A stretch of 64,000 nucleotides of DNA from Anaeramoeba ignava BMAN (lineage: Eukaryota > Protista > Anaeramoebae): assembly GCA_028826165.1 (NCBI GenBank), contig JAPDFW010000120.1, forward strand, positions 1-64,000, read 5' to 3'. The notes under the pieces are model-generated. The model ran no database searches. It saw nothing but the letters and a program-made list of their open reading frames with translations, and was not told where the DNA came from. A program made the position numbers and the translations under genes. Shown piece after piece: positions 36,332 to 49,298 of this stretch. Each line of letters begins with the position of its first letter. Within the stretch, counting starts at the first letter, position 1.

Positions 36332-36623
36332 TTCAAAATAAGAAAATGAAAAAAATAGAAAAATGAAAAATGAAAAAATTGGAAAAAAAATTTTTATTTA
36401 AATTTTTATTTAATTAAAACGTCATATGACATATTACATATTTTTAATTATATATATAAATAAATATGATGAAAAAAAATAATTTTTCTCCTTTATTATT
36501 TTTTCTCCTTTTTTTATTTATTTTTTTTTATTTTTGATCTTGTTTATTTTAATCATTTTTTCTTTTATTTTTCTTTTATTTTTCTTTTTCTTTTTTTCTT
36601 TTTGTTTGGGTTATTAAAAAATT

Positions 36624-39600
36624 ATGCAAAAATTAATAAAAATAATAATTTTGATCTTTGTTTTTCTTCCAATTTTTGTGACTTCAATACCATGTAATTT
36701 CTATGTTGATAGACATGGAGAAGATAATTCAAAATGTTCAGAATCAAGTCCATGTCAACATATTGAAGCAGCAATAAGTCTTTTAAAAGCTGATGGACAA
36801 GGAATTTGTATTAATGAAGGAATTTATTATATTAGTAAAACTTTGGAACATTCTGAATACGCTTTTCATTTAATTGGACTTGATGGTTCTGATGTTACTG
36901 AAATTAATGGTGGAAATGTTTTGCAATGTTTGTATTATAAATTAAAAGTTACTCAACCAGAAATTTTTGTTATTGGTATTACTTTTCAAGATTGTCTTTC
37001 GGAAAAGAATGGTAAATTTATCCCTCCAAAAAACAAATAAAACAAAAGAAATTTTTATTTGAAAAAAATTTTTTTTGTTTTGTTGATTTCAAATAAACAA
37101 TTTTTTTTTTGTTCTCAATTCCCATTTCAAATCAAAATCAATATAAATATAAATCTAAATATCAATTTAAATATAAATATAAATATAAATATAAAATTAA
37201 AAATAAATATAAATATAAATATAAATATAAATATAAATATAAATATAAATATAAAATTAAAATTAAAATAAATATAAATATAAATATAAATATAAATATC
37301 AATTTAAATATAAATATAAATATAAAATCAAATTTAAAATTAAATATAAATATAAATATAAAATCAAAATCAAAATTAAAATCAAAATTAAAATTAAAAT
37401 TAAAATAAATATAAATATAAATATAAATATAAATATAAATATAAATATAAATATAAATATAAATATAAATATAAATTAAAATTAAAATTAAAATTAAAAT
37501 TAAAATCAAAATTAAAATTAAAATTAAAATTAAAATTAAAATAATATTCATAATTAAAATCATTTGAAATTAGGAGGAGCAATTGAAATGCAATGCGAAC
37601 AACCACTACAAACTAATGTTATTAGAAATTGTTATTTCTATAAAAATAATGCACGAAATTCAGGAGGAGCAATTTATGCAGATAATTGCCATTTAAGTTT
37701 ACAAAATTTAAGAATTGAAGGGAATCAAGCAGATAACACAGGAGGAGGATTTGCTTGTTATTCAGAAGTAGATCACCCAGATATTGAATTTAATAATGTG
37801 ACAATTGTTGATAATGAAGGAGGAGAACCATTGAATATTGATGATATTCTTCCTGGAAGTGGATCTTTTATTTCCCCAAAAGCACCACTTCATTCTTGCA
37901 CTTATAATAATAGCGCAGAAATTTTAAAAGATTGTAATTTATGTTTTAATGGTGGAAATTGTCAACCTAATGGTGAATGTGTTTGTCAACCTGGTTCAGG
38001 CCAACCTTCTCCTCAGTGTGAATTTTGTGAACTTGGTTATTATTCTGATTTAGGGCAAGACTGTATGGAATGTGAAAATGATAAATATGCTCCACAAAAA
38101 GGAACTATTCAATGTTTGGATTGTCCAGAAGGATCAACAACTGATGGACCAGGTAAATTGATATAAAAATTAAAATCAAATTTAAAATTAAAATCAAAAT
38201 TAAAATTAAAATTCATTTATAAAATCAAAATTAAAATTTAAATAGGACAATATGAATGCACTCCTCAACAAGTTACAAATGTTCATCTTATAACTGCAAC
38301 ATCAACTTCTCTTAAAATTGGTTGGACAAATCCAACACTTTTTTCAATTGATGGTTATGCAATCTATTATAAATTAGAAGGTAACCCAGAAATAAAGATT
38401 CCAATTAGTGGATCGAGAACATGGATAGAAATCACAAATCTTGAATCAGGAAATTATACTATCGAAATTGCTGCACATAATTCACAAGGATATGGAGAGA
38501 AAACACCACCATATCCATTCCAAACACTTCCTCCTTCATCACCAAGTGAAGTAACAAATCTTCAAGAATCAACTCAAGAAAAAACTTCAACAAGTTGGAA
38601 AATTGTATGGTCTCATCCACTTAATGATGGTGGATCTCCAATAACAACTTATGAAATTGGTTATTGTGAAATTGGAAAAGATGATTGGGTTTATCATAAT
38701 GTATCAACAAGTATAACATCTTATGTTGCAAATGGTTTATTATCAGGTGAATATAATGTAACTGTTAGAGCTGCAAATAATTATCATTTTGGAAATATTT
38801 CAAATATCACAATTTGGACACTTCCAGCAATATCTCCTTCAATTATGGATCCTGTTTCTTTACATTCTAAAACTTCAGTTTCACTTGAATTAACTTGGAT
38901 TCCTCCAACAAGTAATGGAGGTAAATTAATTTATGGATATGAAATTATTGGTTATGGGCCACAATCTATTCAAATTGAAGTTGAAAATATCACAACTTAT
39001 AATATTACTGGATTATTATCAGGAGAATATTCAATTAAAATTAGAGCATTAAATGGAATACCTGGAAATTTTTCAATTAGTGTTAATTTCTCAACAGATG
39101 ATCCTAAACCTCCTTCAAAAATTGAAAATATTCAATTTATTTCAAACACACAATCATCAATAAACTTTAATTGGACAATTCCTGAAAATGGAGGAAGTTC
39201 ATTAATTGGATATAGATTAAGTTATAGAATATCAGGAAGCAATGATAGTTGGACATATGTTACAATTTCACCTCCAATAAATATTTATGAAATTGATTCA
39301 CTTTTGAATGGAAGTTATGATATTATAATTCAAGCTAAAAATGAAAAAGGACTTGGAATAGAAAGTGATATTGTTACTTTTAATACAGCTTCACCAACCG
39401 AACCATCACAAATTATAACTGCTAATAAAATTGAAGGTGAATCAACATCAATATCCCTTGAATGGGAAGAACCTTTTAATGGAGGATTACTTATTGATAA
39501 TTATCAAATTGATTATAAAGTTTCAACAGATCTTGAATTTAATGAATCAGCATTTACAAATTCAACAAACACATCAATCACAATTAATGGATTACAATCT

Positions 39601-42033
39601 GGAAAAAATTATTCTTTTATAATAAGAGCAAGTAATCAAATTGGATGGGGAAATTTTTCAATAATATTTACTTTTTCAACAGGAAATTCAAGTACACCTT
39701 CTGCTGTTCAACATCTTCAATCAATTTCATCAACTTCAACATCAATTACACTTCAATGGGAAGAACCTTCTAATACTGGAGGAGAAGAAATTATCAAATA
39801 TACAATTTATTATAAAAGATTAGATTATCCAGGTTGGTTATATAATAATTATTTTGTTGAACCATCACAAAGTATATTCAATTATACAATAACTGGATTA
39901 TTATCATCAAATTATACAATCAATGTAACAGCATCTAATTTAAATGGAGAAGGTGATATTTCATCAATTAATACTCAAACTCAATTACCAACAACACCAG
40001 ATCAACCAAGAAACATAAGTTTAATTTCTTCAACAAAAGGAAGTGTTTATATTACATGGCAACAACCATTATCAAATGGAGGAGCACAAATCACGAATTA
40101 TAGTATTTCATGGGAAAGTATTGATGAAGGAACAACAACAGGAAATATTATGATTCCATCAACTCCATTAAGTCGTAATTTAAGTGTAAATTATTCAGGA
40201 AATTATACAATTTATATTTCAGCAATCAATATAGCTGGAAATGGAACAAATCAAACATCTTCTGTTGAAACACTTTCAGCAACTGTTCCAGAACAAATCA
40301 ATGAATTAACTCACAATGGTTCAACAACAACATCATTTAGTATTGGATGGAAAAGACCTTATCATGGAGGAAAAGAAATATTATATTTTGATATTAATTG
40401 TACTGATGGAGAAAGTATTTTTGAATATACATTACAAACATCAAATCAATCAATTATTTATGAAGTAACAAATCTTTTTTATGCAACATATTCTTGCCAA
40501 GTTTCTTCAAACAATTCTATTGGAAGAAGTCTTATATCAAATCCTTGTGATTTTTATACATTATATCCTTCTGCACCTTCAAGTGTTAGAAACATTTCAC
40601 TTATCAACAGAACTTCAAGTTCATTATTTTTGAATTGGATTGAACCATTATCAACTGGAGGAAAACCTATATATACATATGAAATTACACATAATCACAG
40701 TTTTAATGCTATTGAAACAAATTCAACTGAAACTTATTTCAATTTAACTGAACTTGAATCAGGAAATTATTCAATTCAAATATGGGCAAAAAATTCAAGA
40801 GGAGCATCACCAGATTGTGATCCATTTAATACTGAAACTCTTGAAGCACAAATACCATTTAGTGTTGATACATTTAGAGCTGATGATGTTAATAGATATT
40901 CAATTAAATACAAATGGAATCAACCACCAAGTAGTGGAAAACCAATTTTATCTTATATTTTTACAGTTAATCAAACAATAGATTCAACAATAGTTACAAA
41001 TCAAACATTAAGTAATACAACATTTGAATATTTAGTTAATGGATTAAATCATTCAAGTAATTATACAGCTCAAATATTTGCAATTAATGTACTTGGAGCA
41101 GGAACACCAATCACAATAATTAATGAAACAAGAGGATTTATTCCTGAACAAATAAGTGAAGTTAATTCAACTTCATATTATTATCAAGTTTTATTTGAAT
41201 GGATATATGATGATCCAGATTTAACAGGATATACAATCAATATTACAAGTAACGATAATACAACCAACAAAACTATCAAAGTTTTAAATCCAACAGCAAG
41301 CTCTTCAATTATCACAAATTTAATACCAGCAACTGATTATGAAATTATAATTCGAGCTGAAATTTATCAAAATTACAGTGAATGGAGTTTACCATATTCA
41401 GTTCGTACTTTAGATTATCATCCAGAAAAAATTCAAAACATTTCAATGATAAGAAAAACTGATACAAGTTTAACATTAGAATGGAATGAACCACGCAATA
41501 ATGGACAACCAATAACAAAATATAATTTAGATATTAGTGATGAAACAGGAATAATAGAATTTATAATTGAAGCAGCAACAAATTCAGTAGTTATTGGAGA
41601 TTTAAATTCAACAACAACTTATTTAATTCAAATATCAGCAGTAAATGATATTGGAGAAGGAGAATGGAGTGATATTATGAATTTCACAACAGATTCAAAA
41701 CAAGAAACATCAAGTTCAAATTCCAAAGCACCAGTATATATTGGAGTTGGAGTTAGTGCAGGAGTTGTTGTTGTTGGACTTGGACTTTTCATTTTCTTTT
41801 ATCGAAGGAAGAAAGCAGTTAAAGTTACAGCATCTGTTAATGTTTATTCTGTTAATGATGATGATGATGATTTAGGAAGAGATTTGGATGAGAGAAACAA
41901 TGGTCTTGATAAGAAAGGAGATGAAGATGATGTTTCAAGTATAGTAATGCAAACAATCAAAGCTGAAGAAGATTTATATTTGGAAAGCGTTAAACATGAA
42001 AGTTCCGTTTTTAGTACAACAAAATTAAACTAA
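36624..42033 (+). CDS. Large type I surface receptor copy 1 (~1584 aa): signal peptide, Pmp/pectin-lyase-like beta-helix head, EGF/Cys-rich region, ~12 FN3, TM, acidic tail
   Basis: Exons 36624-37011, 37574-38152, 38246-42033. GGAI/FxxN motifs (NCYFYKNNARNSGGAIY), [20 protein letters not shown]3 WxxPxxxGG repeats, [25 protein letters not shown] followed by RRKK. Confidence 0.9.
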
Positions 42034-42267
42034 ATCATCATAATTCCAATTTTCTAATTTTAATTTTGAAAAAAAAATGTTGATTTTCAAGAACACAAAT
42101 TAATTTCAATTTGAATTTCTTTTTTCTTTTTTCTTATTTCTTTTTTCTTATTCCAAAATCAACATTAATTTCTTTCTTTCTTTCTTTTTTCTTTTCAAAA
42201 AAAAACAAAATTCAAAATTAAAATTTTCAAAACAAAAAAAAAAAGATTTAGATTTTTATTTAAATTT

Positions 42268-42545
42268 TTCTTTTCCAATTCTACAATTAATCATTTCAGA
42301 ATGAATAGATAATATTTCTTTGTTTAAAAATTCAATTTTTAAATCAGATTGAGATTTTTTCTGATAAAGTGATTTAAAATTTTCAGAAAAACTATCATAT
42401 TTATGAAAAATTTTTATTCTTTCTTTAGCATCTTTATGAAGTAATAAATAATCTATTGTTGTAATTAAATCTTGATTTAAAGGATCTATATTATCTTTTT
42501 TTTTAATTGAAAAAATTGAATTAATTTAAATAAAAAAAAGGATTT
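42268..42545 (-). pseudogene. Orphan fragment of the neighbouring CUE-ankyrin-BTB gene, captured in a tandem duplication
   Basis: Near-identical to 49889-50165 (part of last exon plus acceptor region). The ~600 bp corresponding to 49295-49888 is missing. Confidence 0.9.
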
Positions 42546-42766
42546 TTCTCCTTTTTTTTTTGATTTTTTTATTTTTCACCTTTTAATTTAATTTTATTTT
42601 ATTTTAAATAAAAGAGAAATAAATAAAATCCGGCAAAATGTTTTATTTAATTTTTTTTATTGTTTTTTCTTTTTTATTCCCTTTTTTTATTTTAGATAAT
42701 TTGTTTTTTTCAATTTCATTTTTTTCTTTTCAATTTCAATTTTTTCTTCAATTTTTTTTTGGATTA

Positions 42767-45700
42767 ATGAAACAAATTTTATTATCTTTTTTAATTTTTG
42801 TTTTTCTTGCAATTTTTGTGTTTTCAATACCGTGTGATTTTTATGTTGATGTGAATGGAGAAGATAACGGAGAATGTACAGAATCACGACCTTGTCAAAA
42901 AATTAAATTTGTTCTTGATTTACTTCAAAGCTCAGGAAAAACAATTTGTATTAATGAAGGAACTTATCAAATTGAAAGAACTTTGCAACATCCTGAATTC
43001 GCTTTTAATTTAATTGGACTTGATGGTCCTGATGTTACTGAAATTAATGGCGGAAATGCTTTTCGATGTTTGTTTTATAATTTGAGATTAGATCAACCAG
43101 AAGTTATTATTCATGGAATTACCTTTCGTCATTGTTTCTCTATTCAAGGAGATGGTAAATAAAAAATAAACAACTTTTTTTTCTTTTAAATAAATAAAAA
43201 ACACTTCTTTTATTCTCAAAATCAAAATCAAAACCAATATCAATATCAATATCAATATCAATATCAATATCAATATCAATATCAATATAAACATCAATAT
43301 CAATATAAATATCAATATCGATATCAATATCAATATCAATATCAATATCAATATAAATATAAATATCAATATAAATAATATAAATATCAATATAAATATA
43401 AATCTAATTATAAATATAAATATAAATATAAATATAAATATAAATATAAATATCAATATCAATATCAATATAAATATCAATATCAATATAAATATAAAAT
43501 ATCAATATCAATATCAATATAAATATAAATATAAATATCAATATAAATATAAATATAAATATCAATATAAATATCAATATCGATATCAATATCAATATCA
43601 ATATCAATATCAATATCAATATAAATATAAATATAAATATCAATATCAATATAAATATCAATATCAAAACCAATATCAATATCAATATAAATATCAATAT
43701 CAATATCAATATAAATATCAAAATCAAAACCAATATCAATATCAATATAAATATAAATATCAATATAAATATCAATATAAGTATAAATATCAAAATCAAA
43801 AACCAATATCAATATCAATATCAATATCAATATCAATATCAATATAAATATCAATATCAATATCAATATCAATATCAATACCAATATCAAAAAATCAAAA
43901 TCAAAAATCAATATAAATATAAATATCAATATCAATATAAATATCAATATAAATATAAATATAAATATAAATATAAATATAAATATAAATATATCAATAT
44001 AAATATAAATATAAATATAAATATAAAAAATAAATATTAAATATCAATATAAAATATAAAAATAAATATCAATTTAAATATAAATATAAAAATAAATATA
44101 AATATAAATATAATAAATATAAATATAAATATATAAATATAAATATAAAAATAAAAAATTAAATATAAATATAAAATTAAATATAAATATAAATATAAAT
44201 ATAAATATCAATATAAATATAAATATAAATATAAATATAAATATAAATATAAATATAAATATAAATATAAATATAAATATAAATATAAATATAAATATAA
44301 ATATAAATATAAATATAAAAATTAAATATAAATATAAATATAAATATAAATATAAATATAAATATAATTATAAATATAAATATAAATATAAATATAAAAT
44401 CAAAATTAAAATAATATTCATAATTAAAATCATTTGAAATTAGGAGGAGCAATCAAAATAGAATGTGAACAACCACTACAAACTAATATTATTAGCAATT
44501 GTTATTTCTATGAAAATAATGCACAAAAATCAGGAGGAGCAATTTATGCAGATAATTGCCATTTAAGTTTACAAAATTTAAGAATTGAAGGGAATCAAGC
44601 AGATAACACAGGAGGAGGATTTGCTTGTTATTCAGCGACAGATCACCCAGATATTGAATTTAATAATGTGACAATTGTTGATAATGCAGGAGGAGAACCA
44701 TTGAATATTGATGATATTTCTCTTACAAGAGGATCTTTTATTTCCCCAAAAGCACCACTTAGTTCTTGCACTTATAATACTGGATTACCTTTAAAAGATT
44801 GTAATTTATGTTTTAATGGTGGAAATTGTCAACCTAATGGTGAATGTGTTTGTCAACCTGGTTCAGGCCAACCTTCTCCTCAGTGTGAATTTTGTCAACT
44901 TGGTTATTATTCTGATTTAGGGCAAGACTGTATGGAATGTGAAAATGATAAATATGCTCCACAAAAAGGAACTATTCAATGTTTGGATTGTCCAGGACTT
45001 ACAAAAACTTATGGAACAGGTAAATTGATATAAAAATTAAAATTAAAATTAAAATTTAAATTAAAATTAAAATTAAAATTAAAATTAAAATCAAAATTAA
45101 AATTAAAATCAAAATTAAAATTAAAATTAAAATCAAAATTAAAATTAAAATTAAAATTAAAATTAAAATTAAAATTAAAATTAAAATTTATAAAATTAAA
45201 ATTAAAATTAAAATTAAAATTCATTTATAAAATCAAAATTAAAATTTAAATAGGACAATATGAATGCACTCCTCAACAAGTTACAAATGTTCATCTTATA
45301 ACTGCAACATCAACTTCTCTTGAAATTGGTTGGACAAATCCAACACTTTTTTCAATTGATGGTTATACAATCTATTATAAATTAGAAGGTGGATCAGAAC
45401 AGTCAACTCAAATTGTTGGAGAAATCACACAAACAGAAATCACAAATCTTGAATCAGGAAATTATACTATCAGAATTATAGCATATAATCCACGAGGAGA
45501 TGGAGAAGAAACACCACCATATTTATTCCAAACACTTAATATATCATCACCAAGTGAAGTAACAAATCTTCAAGAATCAACTCAAGAAAAAACTTCAACA
45601 AGTTGGAAAATTGTATGGTCTCATCCACTTAATGATGGTGGATCTCCAATAACAACTTATGAAATTGGTTATTGTGAAATTGGAAAAGATGATTGGGTTT

Positions 45701-48700
45701 ATCATAATGTATCAACAAGTGTAACATCTTATGTTGCAAATGGTTTATTATCAGGTGAATATAATGTAACTGTTAGAGCTGCAAATAATTATCATTTTGG
45801 AAACATTTCAAATATCACAATTTGGACACTTCCAGCAATATCTCCTTCAATTATGGATCCTGTTTCTTTACATTCTAAAACTTCAGTTTCACTTGAATTA
45901 ACTTGGATTCCTCCAACAAGTAATGGAGGTAAATCAATTTATGGATATGAAATTGTTGGTTATGGGCCACAATCTATTCAAATTGAAGTTGAAAATATCA
46001 CAACTTATAATATTACTGGATTATTATCAGGAGAATATTCAATTAAAATTAGAGCATTAAATGGAATACCTGGAAATTTTTCAAATAGTGTTAATTTCTC
46101 AACAAATGATCCTAAACCTCCTTCAAAAATTGAAAATATTCAATTTATTTCAAACACACAATCATCAATAAACTTTAATTGGACAATTCCTGAAAATGGA
46201 GGAAGTTCATTAATTGGATATAGATTAAGTTATAGAATATCAGGAAGCAATGATAGTTGGACATATGTTACAATTTCACCTCCAATAAATATTTATGAAA
46301 TTGATTCACTTTTGAATGGAAGTTATGATATTATAATTCAAGCTAAAAATGAAAAAGGACTTGGAATAGAAAGTGATATTGTTACTTTTAATACAGCTTC
46401 ACCAACTGAACCATCACAAATTATAACTGCTAATAAAATTGAAGGTGAAACAACATCAATATCCCTTAGATGGGAAGAACCTTTTAATGGAGGATTACTT
46501 ATTGATAATTATCAAATTGATTATAAAGTTTCAACAGATCCTGAATTTAATGAATCAGCATTTACAAATTCAACAAACACATCAATCACAATTGAAGGAT
46601 TACAATCTGGAAAAAATTATTCTTTTATAATAAGAGCAAGTAATCAAATTGGATGGGGAAATTTTTCAATAATATTTACTTTTTCAACAGGAAATTCAAG
46701 TACACCTTCTACTGTTCAAAATCTTCAATCAATTTCATCAACTTCAACATCAATTACACTTCAATGGGAAGAACCTTCTAATACTGGAGGAGAAGAAATT
46801 ATCAAATACACAATTTATTATAAAAGATTAGATTATCCAGGTTGGTTATATAATAATTATTTTGTTGAACCATCACAAAGTATATTCAATTATACAATAA
46901 CTGGATTATTATCATCAAATTATACAATTAATGTAACAGCATCTAATTTAAATGGAGAAGGTGATATTTCATCAATTAATACTCAAACTCAATTACCAAC
47001 AACACCAGATCAACCAAGAAATATAAGTTTAATTTCTTCAACAAAAGGAAGTGTTTATATTACATGGCAACAACCATTATCAAATGGAGGAGCACAAATC
47101 ACAAATTATAGCATTTCATGGGAAAGTATTGATGAAGGAACAACAACAGGAAATATTATGATTCCATCAACTCCATTGAGTCGTAATTTAAGTGTAAATT
47201 ATTCAGGAAATTATACAATTTATATTTCAGCAATCAATATAGCTGGAAATGGAACAAATCAAACATCTTCTGTTGAAACACTTTCAGCAACTGTTCCAGA
47301 ACAAATCAATGAATTAACTCACAATGGTTCAACAACAACATCATTTAGTATTGGATGGAAAAGACCTTATCATGGAGGAAAAGAAATATTATATTTTGAT
47401 ATTAATTGTACTGATGGAGAAAGCATTTTTGAATATACATTACAAACATCAAATCAATCAATTATTTACGAAGTAACAAATCTTTTTTATGCAACATATT
47501 CTTGCCAAGTTTCTTCAAACAATTCTATTGGAAGAAGTCTTATATCAAATACTTGTGATTTTTATACATTATATCCTTCTGCACCTTCAAGTGTTAGAAA
47601 CATTTCACTTATCAACAGAACTTCAAGTTCATTATTTTTGAATTGGATTGAACCATTATCAACTGGAGGAAAACCTATATATACATATGAAATTACACAT
47701 AATCACAGTTTTAATGCTATTGAAACAAATTCAACTGAAACTTATTTCAATTTAACTGAACTTGAATCAGGAAATTATTCAATTCAAATATGGGCAAAAA
47801 ATTCAAGAGGAGCATCACCAGATTGTGATCCATTTAATACTGAAACTCTTGAAGCACAAATACCATTTAGTGTTGATACATTCCGAGCTGATGATGTTAA
47901 TAGATATTCAATTAAATACAAATGGAATCAACCACCAAGTAGTGGAAAACCGATTTTATCTTATATTTTTACAGTTAATCAAACAATAGATTCAACAATA
48001 GTTACAAATCAAACATTAAGTAATACAACATTTGAATATTTAGTTAATGGATTAAATCATTCAAGTAATTATACAGCTCAAATATTTGCAATTAATGTAC
48101 TTGGAGCAGGAACATCAATCACAATAATTAATGAAACAAGAGGATTTATTCCTGAACAAATAAGTGAAGTTAATTCAACTTCATATTATTATCAAGTTTT
48201 ATTTGAATGGATATATGATGATCCAGATTTAACAGGATATACAATCAATATTACAAGTAACGATAATACAACCAACAAAACTATCAAAGTTTTAAATCCA
48301 ACAGCAAGTTCTTCAATTATTACAAATTTAATACCAGCAACTGATTATGAAATTATAATTCGAGCTGAAATTTATCAAAATTACAGTGAATGGAGTTTAC
48401 CATATTCAGTTCGTACTTTAGATTATCATCCAGAAAAAATTCAAAACATTTCAATGATAAGAAAAACTGATACAAGTTTAACATTAGAATGGAATGAACC
48501 ACGCAATAATGGACAACCAATAACAAAATACAATTTAGATATTAGTGATGAAACTGGAATAATAGAATTTATAATTGAAGCAGCAACAAATTCAGTAGTT
48601 ATTGGAGATTTAAATTCAACAACAACTTATTTAATTCAAATATCAGCAGTAAATGATATTGGAGAAGGAGAATGGAGTGATATTATGAATTTCACAACAG

Positions 48701-49041
48701 ATTCAAAACAAGAAACATCAAGTTCAAATTCCAAAGCACCAGTATATATTGGAGTTGGAGTTAGTGCAGGAGTTGTTGTTGTTGGACTTGGACTTTTCAT
48801 TTTCTTTTATCGAAGGAAAAAAGCAGTTAAAGTTACAGCATCTGTTAATGTTTATTCTGTTAATGATGATGATGATGATTTAGGAAGAGATTTGGATGAT
48901 CCTCAAAATGATATTCCTAAAAAAGGAGATGAAGATGATGTTTCAGGTATAGTAATGCAAACAATCAAAGCTGAAGAAGATTTATATTTACAAAGCGTCA
49001 AAAATGAAAGTTCCGTTTTTAGTACAACAAAATTAAACTAA
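42767..49041 (+). CDS. Large type I surface receptor copy 2 (~1583 aa)
   Basis: Exons 42767-43154, 44444-45019, 45254-49041. Same intron positions as copy 1. Confidence 0.9.
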
Positions 49042-49298
49042 ATCATCATAATTCCAATTTTCCAATTTTCTAATTTTCTAATTTTAATTTTGAAAAAAAA
49101 AATGTTGATTTTCAAGAACACAAATTAATTTCAATTTGAATTTGAATTTCTTTTTTCTTTTTTCTTTTTTCTTTTTTCTTATTCCAAAATCAACATTAAT
49201 TTCTTTCTTTCTTTTTTCTTTTCAAAAAAAAACAAAATTCAAAATTAAAATTTTCAAAACAAAAAAAAAAAGATTTAGATTTTTATTTAAATTTAAAT

